In this document: in pieces, positions 47,228 through 58,009 of the stretch
Layout of the letters: each line of letters starts with the position of its first letter
Position numbering within the stretch: position 1 is the stretch's first letter
Source of the DNA: Chrysochromulina tobinii
Lineage: Eukaryota
NCBI GenBank assembly: GCA_001275005.1
Contig: JWZX01003310.1
Coordinates: forward strand, 1 to 58,578
Direction: 5' to 3'
DNA length: 58,578 nucleotides
Notes under the pieces: generated by a model
Told to the model about the DNA's origin: nothing
Database searches by the model: none
Seen by the model: only the letters and a program-made list of their open reading frames with translations
Position numbers and translations under genes: made by a program

Positions 47228-47534
47228 GAAATTCACACCCCCAAAACAACAAACAACACGTACTGTACATGTACAACGCACTCGCCACACCCCGCGCGTG
47301 CGAAAAAAGATACTCGCGCAGGTGTGAAACGGCCGTTCCCCACATGTCGTGCGCGCGCAACGGAGAGCCGGATCGAATCTTGAGGTTCGTGCTCGTATAG
47401 TCCGACAGCGTACCAAAACGCAATCTGCGGAATTAGTTCGGTTTCATTATGAACAGTGGACGTGAGAGACCTCGTCCCGCGAAAGCCGAGTTGTGGGCTC
47501 GTCGGCGATCTCCACAGGGGGTCCTCCTATTGTG

Positions 47535-50500
47535 ATGCTATTAGCCCACTTCGCCGCGTCTTTTGCGTTCCTGGTGCCCAATGCGCCGCTCGCGCCGCGC
47601 ACGGGCACCGCCACACGTCCGCAGGTTGCCCCCGCGCGGGCAAGTGCCCCCTTGTTGCAACTTGCAACGCCGCCGCTGCGAATTGGCCAGTTTGGCTTTC
47701 CTGAGCCCGGGCCACCGGTCCTGGTCGAGGAGCGCGACGCGTGCGGAGTGGGTTTCATCGCGGACATCAAGGGGCGGCGGCGGCACGAGACCATCGCGCG
47801 CGCTATTCACGCGCTCAGCTGCATGGAGCACCGCGGCGGCTGCGGCGGCGACGGCATCTCAGGCGACGGCGCGGGCGTGCTGACCTCGGTGCCTTGGGAG
47901 CTCTTCGAGGCCGAGGGGTACCTGAAGGGGAAGCCTTCGGAGAGCTGCGGCGTGGCCATGATGTTCCTCCCGCAGGCGGAGGCGGACGCGCAGAAAGCTC
48001 AATCGCTGCTGGAGGTGCAGGCAGCGGCCAAAGGCTTTGTGTTCCTCGGCTGGCGTGACCCGCCGCAGAACAAGGACGTGCTGGGTCCGCTAGCACGCGC
48101 GGCACTCCCGAGAATCCGGCAGGCCTTCCTGCACCACCCGACGCTCCGCGGCGACGCTCTCGAGGCTGCGCTTTACCAGGTGCGTCGCTCGACTCAGGCC
48201 GAAGTGCTCGACAAGTGCGGCAAGCGTGTGGGAGGCGCGCAGACGTACTTCTGCTCGCTCTCGTCGCGCACGATCATCTACAAGGGCATGGTGATGTCTG
48301 CGGTACTCGGCCCCTTTTACGGCGACCTGACCAACCCTGCCTTCCACACCAACTTTGCCGTCTACCACCGGCGCTTCTCGACGAACACGAATCCGAAGTG
48401 GCCACTCGCGCAACCTATGCGTTGCCTCGCGCACAATGGCGAGATCAACACGCTCATCGGGAACGTGAACTGGCAGCGCGCGCTCGACATCCAGCGCAAG
48501 CGGCGCGACCCGCTGTGCTCGCTAGACAAGTCGGACTCGGCGAACCTCGACGCCGTCTTCGAGAATCTCGTGCGGAGCGGCGGCAAGACGCCCGCCATGG
48601 CGCTCTCAATCTTGGTGCCCGAGGCGTATCGCGAGCAGCCGGAATACAAGAACGACCCAGAGGTGGAGGCGATGTACGAGTACTACTCCGGGCTGCAGGA
48701 GCCGTGGGACGGCCCCGCACTCCTCATCTTCTGCGACGGCAAGCAGCTCGGCGCCACGCTCGATCGCAATGGGTTGCGCCCCGCGCGCTACCTGCTGACC
48801 AAGGATGGGCTCCTCGGGTTCATGTCCGAGACGGGCGTCATCGAGGTGGACGACAGTGAGGTGGTGAGCAAGGGGCGGCTCGGCCCGGGCAACATGATCA
48901 CGCTCGACCTTGAGACGGGCGAGTTCCGTCCGAACCAGGAGGTCAAGCGTGACCTTGCCTCGAAGGCTCCCTACGGCGAGTGGCTCAAAGAGCGTCGGGC
49001 GATTGTCGAGCCGCTTCCTTTCAACGTCGAGGAGGCGGAAGCGGTGCCTGAGAATCTGATGCAGCAGCTGACGGCATTTGGCTGGTCGCTCGAAGACCTC
49101 GAGATGCAGGTGGGCGACATGGCGAATTCGGGCAAGGAGACCCTCTTCTCCCTGGGCGAGGACACGCCCCTCGCCGTCCTGTCGGAGAAGCCCCACCCGC
49201 TCTACGACTACTTTAAGCAGCGCTTCGCGCAGGTGACCAACCCACCCATCGACCCACTGCGCGAGGGCATCGTGATGAACCTTGACATGGCGCTCGGCAA
49301 GCGGCACGACCTTCGCGACGCGCCCTCGCCCGAGCTCGCCGAGCAGCTGCGCATCACCAGCCCCGTCCTCAACGGCAACGAGCTGGGCGCGATCCGCAAG
49401 CTGCGCAAAGTGGCCACGGCCTCGACGATCTACCCGATCAGCGATGGGCCCGAGGGGCTCGAGAAGGCCGTCAAGGCGCTGTGCGCCGCGGCGGAGCAGC
49501 AGGTGCGCAACGGCGCCGAGGTCATTGTCCTTTCGGACCAAAAGGCTGGCGGTATGGGAGTGGACGACGCCTTCATCCCGCCGCTGCTGGCCGTGGGCGC
49601 GGTGCACCACCATCTGATCACTGCGGGCGTGCGTCTCGAGGCATCAATCATCGTCGAGACCGCTCAGGCGTGGTCGACGCACCACATCGCGTGCCTCGTC
49701 GGCTTCGGAGCCTCGGCGGTGCACCCGTACCTCCTCTATTCGTCCGTCAAGTACCTGTACGCGTCCGAGAAGCGCACCAAGATGCGCGCGAGCGGACAGA
49801 TCAACGACATTACGCTCGCGAAAAACTTCGAGAACTTGCGCTATGCGCTCGACTCGGGCGTGCTCAAGATCCTTTCCAAGATCGGCATCTCGCTGCTCTC
49901 GTCCTACCACGGCGCGCAGATCTTCGAGGCGATCGGCCTGGGCAAGGAGCTCATCGACAGCGCCTTCGTGGGCACTCCATCTCGCATCGGAGGGCTCACC
50001 TTCAAGGACGTGGCCGAGGAGGTCGCCGTGTGGCACGCGACCGCTCAGCTAGTCGACGGCACGAAGCCGCTCAACAACTGGGGCTTCGTCAAGTTCTACC
50101 AGAAGCTCGAGCACCACAACTGGAACCCGCCCATGAGCCGGCTGCTGCACAAGGCGCTGCGGTCGGCCGACGCGTCGGGCGAGGGCCTCGACTTTTACAA
50201 GACGTACACGGACTCGGTCGAGGAGACAGTGCCCTCGACCATCCGCGACATGCTCGAGATCGTCTCAGATCGTAAGCCGATCTCGATCGACCTCGTCGAG
50301 CCCGTCGAGGCGATCATGAAGCGCTTCTGCACGGGCGGCATGTCGCTCGGCGCGCTCTCGCGCGAGGCTCACGAGACGCTTGCGATTGGGGTCAACCGCG
50401 CGGGCGGCCGTTCCAACTCAGGCGAGGGCGGCGAAGACGAGTGCCGCTGGTCCTCGATCGAGGATGCCACCGCGGAGGGCACCTCAGACTCGTTCCCTCA

Positions 50501-52304
50501 CCTTAAGGGCCTGCGCAACGGCGACATCGCCGTCTCCAAGATCAAGCAGGTCGCTTCCGGCCGCTTCGGCGTGACACCCGCGTACCTGATGTCGGCGGAG
50601 CAGATCGAAATCAAGATCGCGCAGGGCGCCAAGCCGGGCGAGGGAGGGCAGCTGCCTGGTTCCAAGGTGAACGAGTACATTGCGTCGATCCGCGCGTGCA
50701 AGAAGGGCGTGATGCTTGTTTCGCCGCCGCCACACCACGACATCTACTCGATCGAGGACCTCGCCCAGCTCATCTACGACCTGCACCAGATCAACCCGAA
50801 GGCCAAGGTATCCGTGAAGCTCGTCAGCCAGGTGGGCATCGGCACAGTGGCCTCGGGCGTCGCTAAGGCGGGATCGGACGTAATCCAGATCTCGGGCCAC
50901 GACGGCGGCACGGGCGCCGCACCGCTCACCTCGATCAAGCACGCTGGGGGGCCGTGGGAACTCGGGCTTGCGGAGGCTCACCAACAGCTCGTCCTCAACG
51001 GCTTGCGTGACCGTGTCGTGCTGCGCGTCGACGGCGGTCTCAAGACTGGGTACGATGTGCTCATGGGCGCGCTCTTTGGGGCGAACGAATTCGGCTTTGG
51101 CACGATCGCGATGATCTCGGTCGGCTGCATCGTGGCGCGCATCTGCCACACGAACAACTGCCCGGTGGGCGTGACGACCCAAAAGAAGGAGCTACGCGAA
51201 AAGTTCGTGGGCGTGCCGAGCGACACGTTCAACTTTTTCTGGTACGCAGCACAGGAGGTGCGCCAGTGCCTCGCAGAGCTGGGCTACACGTCTCTCTCCG
51301 AGGTGATCGGGCGTGCCGACCTGCTCAAGCAACGCGAGCGCACGCTCGGCAAGACATCGTCCCTCGACCTGCGCTACATCCAGCAGATCCCCCAGCTGCG
51401 CACCCCCGAGGAGCGCGAGCAGCTAGAGGAGGACCCGCTGCCACACTCGCAGACGAACACGCTCGACGACGAGCTGCTCGCGCGAGAGGACGTGCAGCGC
51501 GCCATCCGCGAGCACGCGCACGTGACGGTCGAGTCGAGCATCACCAACGTCGACCGCACCGCCTCGGCGCGCATCACCGGCGAGATCGCCAAGCTGCACG
51601 GCAACAAGGGCTGGCGTGGCTCGCTCCACCTGATCTTCACCGGCTGCGCTGGCCAGTCGTTCGGTTTCGCGTGCCTGCCCGGTCTCGACCTCGAAGTGCG
51701 GGGCGACGCGAACGACTATGTGGGCAAGTCGATGCACGGCGGGCGCATCCGAATCCGGCCAGTCGACTGCATTGAGGGGCGCAAGATCGGCTTTGATCCG
51801 TCGAAGAGCGTCATCGTGGGCAACACGTGCCTGTATGGCGCCACCGGCGGTCGCTTCTTTGCATGCGGGCGCGCAGGTGAGCGCTTCTGCGTGCGCAACT
51901 CGAACGCCGAGGCGGTCGTCGAGGGGGCGGGTGACCACTGCTGTGAGTATATGACGGGTGGTGTCGTAGCAGTGCTTGGTCCGGTGGGTCGCAACGTGGG
52001 CGCGGGCCAGACGGGCGGCTGGGGGTACTTCCTCGAGGATGGCGAGGACTATTCGCTCGACGGTCGCATCAATAGCGACGTCGTCATGCAGCCCGTGAAC
52101 GCCATCGGTGCCGCGCAGCTCAAGACGCTCATCGAGGCGCACCTCGAGGCAACTGGCTCGAAGAAGGCACAGACCATTCTCGACGATTGGGATGCGTACC
52201 TGCCCAAGTTCAAGCAGGTGTATCCCATGTCCGAGGCCGGTGCACCCGAGGTGAGCGGCGTGGCCGAGGGCATCTCCACGACCGAGTTCGCCGTCGTCGA
52301 TTGA
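47535..52304 (+). CDS. gltB: Ferredoxin-dependent glutamate synthase (Fd-GOGAT), plastid-targeted, intronless
   Basis: Signal/transit leader MLLAHFAASFAFLVP, mature CGVGF, HRRFSTNT, GAKPGEGGQLPG, the 3Fe-4S motif CIVARICHTNNCP and a GXGXG C-terminal domain. No fused NAD(P)H beta subunit. Confidence 0.97.
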   Translation: MLLAHFAASFAFLVPNAPLAPRTGTATRPQVAPARASAPLLQLATPPLRIGQFGFPEPGPPVLVEERDACGVGFIADIKGRRRHETIARAIHALSCMEHRGGCGGDGISGDGAGVLTSVPWELFEAEGYLKGKPSESCGVAMMFLPQAEADAQKAQSLLEVQAAAKGFVFLGWRDPPQNKDVLGPLARAALPRIRQAFLHHPTLRGDALEAALYQVRRSTQAEVLDKCGKRVGGAQTYFCSLSSRTIIYKGMVMSAVLGPFYGDLTNPAFHTNFAVYHRRFSTNTNPKWPLAQPMRCLAHNGEINTLIGNVNWQRALDIQRKRRDPLCSLDKSDSANLDAVFENLVRSGGKTPAMALSILVPEAYREQPEYKNDPEVEAMYEYYSGLQEPWDGPALLIFCDGKQLGATLDRNGLRPARYLLTKDGLLGFMSETGVIEVDDSEVVSKGRLGPGNMITLDLETGEFRPNQEVKRDLASKAPYGEWLKERRAIVEPLPFNVEEAEAVPENLMQQLTAFGWSLEDLEMQVGDMANSGKETLFSLGEDTPLAVLSEKPHPLYDYFKQRFAQVTNPPIDPLREGIVMNLDMALGKRHDLRDAPSPELAEQLRITSPVLNGNELGAIRKLRKVATASTIYPISDGPEGLEKAVKALCAAAEQQVRNGAEVIVLSDQKAGGMGVDDAFIPPLLAVGAVHHHLITAGVRLEASIIVETAQAWSTHHIACLVGFGASAVHPYLLYSSVKYLYASEKRTKMRASGQINDITLAKNFENLRYALDSGVLKILSKIGISLLSSYHGAQIFEAIGLGKELIDSAFVGTPSRIGGLTFKDVAEEVAVWHATAQLVDGTKPLNNWGFVKFYQKLEHHNWNPPMSRLLHKALRSADASGEGLDFYKTYTDSVEETVPSTIRDMLEIVSDRKPISIDLVEPVEAIMKRFCTGGMSLGALSREAHETLAIGVNRAGGRSNSGEGGEDECRWSSIEDATAEGTSDSFPHLKGLRNGDIAVSKIKQVASGRFGVTPAYLMSAEQIEIKIAQGAKPGEGGQLPGSKVNEYIASIRACKKGVMLVSPPPHHDIYSIEDLAQLIYDLHQINPKAKVSVKLVSQVGIGTVASGVAKAGSDVIQISGHDGGTGAAPLTSIKHAGGPWELGLAEAHQQLVLNGLRDRVVLRVDGGLKTGYDVLMGALFGANEFGFGTIAMISVGCIVARICHTNNCPVGVTTQKKELREKFVGVPSDTFNFFWYAAQEVRQCLAELGYTSLSEVIGRADLLKQRERTLGKTSSLDLRYIQQIPQLRTPEEREQLEEDPLPHSQTNTLDDELLAREDVQRAIREHAHVTVESSITNVDRTASARITGEIAKLHGNKGWRGSLHLIFTGCAGQSFGFACLPGLDLEVRGDANDYVGKSMHGGRIRIRPVDCIEGRKIGFDPSKSVIVGNTCLYGATGGRFFACGRAGERFCVRNSNAEAVVEGAGDHCCEYMTGGVVAVLGPVGRNVGAGQTGGWGYFLEDGEDYSLDGRINSDVVMQPVNAIGAAQLKTLIEAHLEATGSKKAQTILDDWDAYLPKFKQVYPMSEAGAPEVSGVAEGISTTEFAVVD

Positions 52305-53557
52305 GTTATCGATTGTGAGCCCCGTCTTCAGGATAGGGGCGAATCTTGCTGTGGCGACCCGATAGATTGTTGCAAAGGGCCCGCAAGTGGCGCATCTTGC
52401 ATGACCATAACCATGAAAGGTCGCCCGTGGCGTCTACAGTCTGTGTCCGACCGTACCGAGGGGTTGGGAACTGGGTGAGCTGTAATCCGTGACGAAGCTG
52501 CGGCCGCGGGCCGGCGCGGCGAGGGTACCGGGGTGAGATGGGTGTGACGTGGCGATGGTGGACATGCGGCTTGCGGGTCACAGGAGTCAGGACCGCGTCG
52601 CTGAACACAGCCGCCGCCGAGCCCCGTTTCTTTTACCCGTAAGCGTACCCGACCGATCGACCGACCGAGGACCGACCGAGGACCGCCTGCGACGACCACG
52701 GTCCACGCGACGTTCATGGCGACCTGTCTTCCCGCTCCAGCTGTTCTTTGTATGGTTATTGAAGAGGTATTGAGTTGGTTTGCCTTCCCCAATCCCTGAC
52801 CAGACCGGGCATTCCCAAGCCGACGGTCTGGTTAGGGGTACACACAAATAAATACCATACTGTACATGCGTGATGCGATCTATCGAGTATCACTCGCAGA
52901 GTGGGTTGCGGGTGGGCGGGTTTCAAGAGAGAGAGAATGTGCTGTCGCTGTTCGCGACGGTCACGATGCTTGCGCTCGCCTCGATTTAGTTCTCGCGAGC
53001 CTCTGTGGAAGCACCAAAGGTATTCTTTCCCGGTGTGCATGCGAGGAAATTCCGGAGCGCCCCTGGGGGCTCCAGGATTTTCGAGATCGCCCACTGACGC
53101 GCGCCGATCGGCGCGCGGCCTAGCATCTCACCCGCCGCTCCAGACAGCCACGGTTCTCGCATGCGCGAGAACCCCCAGTTCGAGCACGACGCGGTTTGCG
53201 GTGCCGGGATCGCGGGTTGATCGCGGGCATCGCGTCAACAGACAACCGAACACGACAGCACGACTCTCTCGACTCTCGTCTCGACTGCCCGGCCAGGCTC
53301 GGCCGTCGGCGCTCGCGCGATCTCTCACCAAATCACGCGGCCTGTCCTAGCCTAACTGCTAACAAATAACACGGTCGGGTAGGTACCACACACGGCCCTT
53401 CTAGCTAGCCCTCATGCGATGGATCTGTGCTTGGGATCTCATCATACACGTCGACTAGTGACGTGCATGCATGATCGACACCACTCCACTCAATACTTGA
53501 GACGCACTCCCTCACGCACTCCCTGCGACGACCCATGCCGCATGCCAAGAGACCACT

Positions 53558-56467
53558 CTAAATGATATCATTCGTTGCGGAACTGTGTCGTTTGAGCGCC
53601 TGTTTACCCACCCAGGCCGCCTCGGCATCCGACATGTCCTCTGCCACGACCGGAGAGTCGGTAGCGCCCTGTTCGTAAAGCCCCCCTCCCGAGTGGCACT
53701 CGCTTGGAGTCCCAAGTGCCCTTGCCGCCTTCGCCGCCGCCTTCGACGTCGCCCTCGCCTCTGCCTCAGTCGCCGCCTCCCTCATCGAGCTCGCCGCCTG
53801 CCTCGCCTCCGCCGCCCTCGCCTTCGCAGCCTTGGCAGCCGCTGCGCTGGCCTCGACGCGCACATCAACGTCGGCGGGCTGGGCGAGCTCGACCCACTTC
53901 TTGCTTTCCTCGTCGGTGACGTCGAACCCATTGCTCTCATCCCCCATCGAGCTGGCCACGTGGCCGGCACCGGTGAGCTCGTCGTGTGCCTTCACATCGT
54001 CGACCAGTTGGCTCTTGACTTGCTTGTTGGCCCACTTCTCGAACATCCAGAGGGCGAAGCTGCCGTAGATGAGCGCGACGAGGCCGATCCAGCCCAAAGG
54101 CATCTTGATGATGGCGGCTTCGCAGGTCCAGCAGAACACTGCGGAGATGCTGTCGGTCATTGCGAACGGCTCAAACAGATACGAGGGCACGAAGAAGAGG
54201 AAATAGCTTGAGACGGCGAGGGTGCCGACGCTCGAGAAGAGCCAAAATTTGGCCAGCCGCGGCATGATCGCCAGCCGCGTGACTGCCGCGTAGCGCACCG
54301 AAGCCGCGGCGGCGGCCTTGTCGAGCTTAAGCACCTCCGCGTCATCAGGGTACTTGGCAAGCTCGTCCGCTTTCTCGCGGCGAACCTTCTCGATCTGGTA
54401 GAGAGCGACGCAGCCGAAGACGAGCTGAAGGAGCGTGGCGACGATGAGAAACACCGTCGCCGCCGAGGCCCACGCCGCGCCATCGTCGATTTTGAGCTGG
54501 AAGGCGCCGGCGAGGGTCGTTGGGAACGTGAGAATGCAGATCGGGGTGAGGCCGAGCAACATCTGGAGGAGAGGAACGCGGAGGATGCCGCAGAGGACGG
54601 ACGTGGGCCAGTCTGGCCCACCGCACAGGATCATCACCTTGCCCAAACTGAGCCCAGGCTGCTCAAGCAGGTAGCGCACTGCCTTCATCAGCGGCGCGTT
54701 GATGCCGACTGCTTGTCGCACCCACAGCTTGCTTCCGAGGCTCTCGCCCAGCCACTTTTGCTGGAGGATGTGCGCGAAGAACTTCATGATCCAGGCCATG
54801 AACGCACCGTAGATTGAGGCGGGGATGAAGCCGCCGAAGGTGTCGGCGCACGTTGGCCCCAGGATGACCCCCGCGCTCAGATAGACGGCGAGCCCGGGAA
54901 TCACAGGGACGATGAACATGATGATGCCAATAATAAAGAAGAGGAAGGTAACCAGCACCCAGTGCAGCGTGATCAGCCACTCAATGAGGACCGCGAGGCC
55001 CATGTAGGTGAGGGTCGTGCCGAGCTGAAGGGCCCAGATGGTGAGCCCAATGTACCCAACGAGGAGAAGCACAGGGGCCCACTCCCAGTCCACCACCATC
55101 GCCACGTGCGAGTTGGCGATCGGCGTGAGCCACTTGACGCGCATTACCCCTTTATGTGTAAGAGTGCGCTCCTGCTCGTCGAGGAGCTTGCGGCGCTTGG
55201 TGGCGACGCACGGGCAGACGACGTAGGTCGCCTGGCGCACCAACTGGTTGAGAGACGAGAGCGCCAGGTAGCAGATTGCAAACGGGAGCAAGAAGTAGAG
55301 AGTGAGCGCGCGCGCCAGGTTGGAGCTCGCCGCCGAGCGCACCAGACTCATCATGGGCGAATTATTCATCGAGTTTGCAAGGGCGCCAAAGCCGATGGTG
55401 TTGCCGATGATGAGAAGGACTGCGACGATCAACACGAAGCACAGCGTCTCGATCGTTTGCGCGAGCCGCATCCCCACGCCCGCGATTGCAGCCGCGGACC
55501 AGGCGCCCACAACGGCAATGCCGATCACCATGGCGACGAGGCGTGCGGCCGAGTTGGCAAACTCCTGCTTGTCTGCTTTAGACGAGAGGACTCGTGCCAT
55601 GATGAATAAGATGACTGCGTACATCATGCACATCACGCTCATCGCGAGCGGCGATGCCCAGAGCATGAAGCCCGCGAGGCACGCGATGCGATGTTTATCC
55701 GTAATTTTCAACTCTTTGGTGCTGCCGTTGATGCCGTCGACAAAAAGGATGCCGTCGCCGTCGTTGATGCCGTCGTTGTTGCCGTCGCCGTCGACAACAT
55801 CGTTGCAATCCAGCACTCCGTTTAGTTTATCGCGGTGCTCGATTGACCATGCCCCATCTTCCGTGGCCGCCCACCAGAAGAAGATCGCCATCGCGGTGAT
55901 GGAGCTCGCGAGGAACGTGAAGCTCAGCAGTTGGAGCGCCTTCTTATGCGGCGCGTGGCTGAGCACCGTACGGCGCAGCCCCTCAGCAACGAGTGGCAGC
56001 CCGAGCAGATAAGCGGCCATGGGGTAGGTTGGCTCCCGCTCGGCGGAGACGATGAAGCATACGAAGAGCACCAGGCTGACCACGCTGACCATGCTCCGGC
56101 GCGCCAGTGCTCCCTTGCGCCCAGCCCAGTACGAAGCGTCGAAGAGGTACATTATGACGAGGAGCAGGAATGCGACAAAAAACAAGATGCTGGAAGCCGC
56201 GACGCTCCTCCTGAGTGCATGGAAGATCTCCTCGCCGTGGAAAGCCTCGGAAAAGAGCACCAAGAAAATGAACGAAATGAAATAGAGGAGCAGAAACGCG
56301 AGGAGCCGCAGGCTGTAGTCAAGGCAGGGCCCCACTTGAGCACAGCCGAGGGCATTTCCTGGGGCGTGCATTTGTTCGATCGAAATAGAGTTGCTGGGGG
56401 AGTTCAAGACACTGTCTTTCGTGGGGGATGGCCCTTTGCCCTTGTCCGGCGCTGATCGGGATTCCAT
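53558..56467 (-). CDS. Polytopic membrane protein with a VTT/DedA (SNARE-associated, TMEM64-like) domain
   Basis: More than 15 hydrophobic segments; PVIPGLAVYLSAG and ILCGGPDWPTSVLCGIL. Intronless. Confidence 0.75.
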   Translation of the reverse strand: MESRSAPDKGKGPSPTKDSVLNSPSNSISIEQMHAPGNALGCAQVGPCLDYSLRLLAFLLLYFISFIFLVLFSEAFHGEEIFHALRRSVAASSILFFVAFLLLVIMYLFDASYWAGRKGALARRSMVSVVSLVLFVCFIVSAEREPTYPMAAYLLGLPLVAEGLRRTVLSHAPHKKALQLLSFTFLASSITAMAIFFWWAATEDGAWSIEHRDKLNGVLDCNDVVDGDGNNDGINDGDGILFVDGINGSTKELKITDKHRIACLAGFMLWASPLAMSVMCMMYAVILFIMARVLSSKADKQEFANSAARLVAMVIGIAVVGAWSAAAIAGVGMRLAQTIETLCFVLIVAVLLIIGNTIGFGALANSMNNSPMMSLVRSAASSNLARALTLYFLLPFAICYLALSSLNQLVRQATYVVCPCVATKRRKLLDEQERTLTHKGVMRVKWLTPIANSHVAMVVDWEWAPVLLLVGYIGLTIWALQLGTTLTYMGLAVLIEWLITLHWVLVTFLFFIIGIIMFIVPVIPGLAVYLSAGVILGPTCADTFGGFIPASIYGAFMAWIMKFFAHILQQKWLGESLGSKLWVRQAVGINAPLMKAVRYLLEQPGLSLGKVMILCGGPDWPTSVLCGILRVPLLQMLLGLTPICILTFPTTLAGAFQLKIDDGAAWASAATVFLIVATLLQLVFGCVALYQIEKVRREKADELAKYPDDAEVLKLDKAAAAASVRYAAVTRLAIMPRLAKFWLFSSVGTLAVSSYFLFFVPSYLFEPFAMTDSISAVFCWTCEAAIIKMPLGWIGLVALIYGSFALWMFEKWANKQVKSQLVDDVKAHDELTGAGHVASSMGDESNGFDVTDEESKKWVELAQPADVDVRVEASAAAAKAAKARAAEARQAASSMREAATEAEARATSKAAAKAARALGTPSECHSGGGLYEQGATDSPVVAEDMSDAEAAWVGKQALKRHSSATNDII

Positions 56468-56589
56468 TGCAGGCGAATCGGGTCCGGCGCGGCGGGCGCG
56501 AGGACTGAAGGAGTTGATCCAGGGCGATGCTTCTGAGGTAGGTGACTGTGTGTGTTTCGTTTTTTTCTGGGAACCCCGAACATTGGGGG

Positions 56590-57165
56590 GAACCCGAAAC
56601 ATACGGGTACCCGGTAAAAAGACACCGGGGGGGGAGCCGGGACACACACGGGACACACGGGACACGCGGACGCACAAAGGCACACAGACCACACAGACGA
56701 ACCTCACAACCATCCAAACCCAGTTCCCGGTAAAAAGACACCGGGGGGAGCCCGGTACGTGTACCGAGATCCCCAATTTCAGAAGGAGTTGTGAATACTT
56801 GCGTACCGACCGGCCCGGGCACGGCATCGAAAAGTCGAAATGGCGTGAATTTGAAATGGCGTGAATTTGAAAGTGCTGGATTGCTGAAAGTGCGTGCTGA
56901 AAGAAATATTGGGGTCGGCGCGCTTGCGCGCCCCAAAAAAAATTAAAAAGGTTGGCACGCGCACCGGAAAAAAAACAGCGGTCGGCGCAGTGCGCCGAAA
57001 AAATATTGTGGTCGGCGCGTATACATGTGGGCAGGCCGTGTGCCCATGTTTCCCGTGTGATCCGTGTGTCACCATGGCTCCCCGTTGCCTTTTTACCGGT
57101 TACTGAGTCCCGTGTGAGCGTGTGTGTCCCGGCTCCCGAAGTTTCTCAAACTTCAAGGGTATGAA
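56590..57165. mobile_element. Non-coding element with subterminal inverted repeats (MITE/Helentron-like relic)
   Basis: 56632-56650 is the exact reverse complement of 57119-57137. CCGGTAAAAAG occurs direct twice and inverted once. Terminal hairpin GAAGTTT-ctc-AAACTTC. Confidence 0.55.
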
Positions 57166-57259
57166 CGCACGACGTGGGACGTGGCCGAGGACCCAGCCCA
57201 GCACGGGCCGCAGACCTGGGCGACCCGGCACGCCGCGAACCTGGGCGCGACTGGCAATC

Positions 57260-57868
57260 ATGTCACGTTCCGTGCATGGCCAACCTCCGCGCTTTGAGCA
57301 CGTTGGCAAGCTCAGCTCCATCAATGCCAATTATCGCGTCACATTTTCCGAGGCCTCCGGAAGAGTTAATTTCTGGGTTGCGCCGGCAACGAGCCCGCTC
57401 CCAGAGATGCCCGTGCAAGTGGCTTGGAAGAGTTTGACTCAGGAGGAGTTCTCTCGATTGCCTCTCGCCATCGAGCAATGTGGCAATCGTTGCACAACCC
57501 TCGACCTCACGAAGCTCAAGTCGTGCCATCAGATCATCGACGATGCTGTTGAGAGCATGGGCCGTCCACGGCCACGCAGAATGCATCAGCAGCCACAAGC
57601 AGAGCCAACCGCTCCTCGTGAATGCATCGCGGCGGATGGTTCAGCTCTGCCCGCTCACGAACATAGCCCAGTCTCACCTCAGTCGCAGCAACCTTGTAAA
57701 AGATTACCCGCTCGAGATGAAGCCAGTTCACGACTGCCACAATCCATCACAGATGTACCAGCGCTTACAGGACAGCTGGTGCACGTAGGTGGAAGCCTCG
57801 AGCGCTTCTTTTTGAGATGCAACAGTGATCGATGTGAGCTGCCTCTCCCTCTTTTGACCGTGGTTTAG
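57260..57868 (+). CDS. Hypothetical protein
   Basis: ATG-initiated ORF of about 200 aa with non-repetitive composition; no family recognised. Confidence 0.35.
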   Translation: MSRSVHGQPPRFEHVGKLSSINANYRVTFSEASGRVNFWVAPATSPLPEMPVQVAWKSLTQEEFSRLPLAIEQCGNRCTTLDLTKLKSCHQIIDDAVESMGRPRPRRMHQQPQAEPTAPRECIAADGSALPAHEHSPVSPQSQQPCKRLPARDEASSRLPQSITDVPALTGQLVHVGGSLERFFLRCNSDRCELPLPLLTVV

Positions 57869-58005
57869 CCTCTGCTCGCCTTCTGCTCGCCTTCTGCTCG
57901 CCTTCTGCTTGCCTTCTGCTTGCCTTCTGCTCGCCTTTTGCTCGCCTTCTGCTCGCCTTCTGCTCGCCTTCTGCTTGCCTTCTGCTCGCCTTCTGCTCAG
58001 CCTTC
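57868..58005. repeat. 11-bp tandem repeat (GCCTTCTGCTY)n
   Basis: About 12 copies visible. Confidence 0.9.
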
Positions 58006-58009
58006 TCGC

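Noticed and set aside
47493..52304. Intronless gltB as possible bacterial contamination
   Set aside because: It has a eukaryotic signal/transit leader, composition like its neighbours, no gltD partner, and is contiguous with intron-containing genes.
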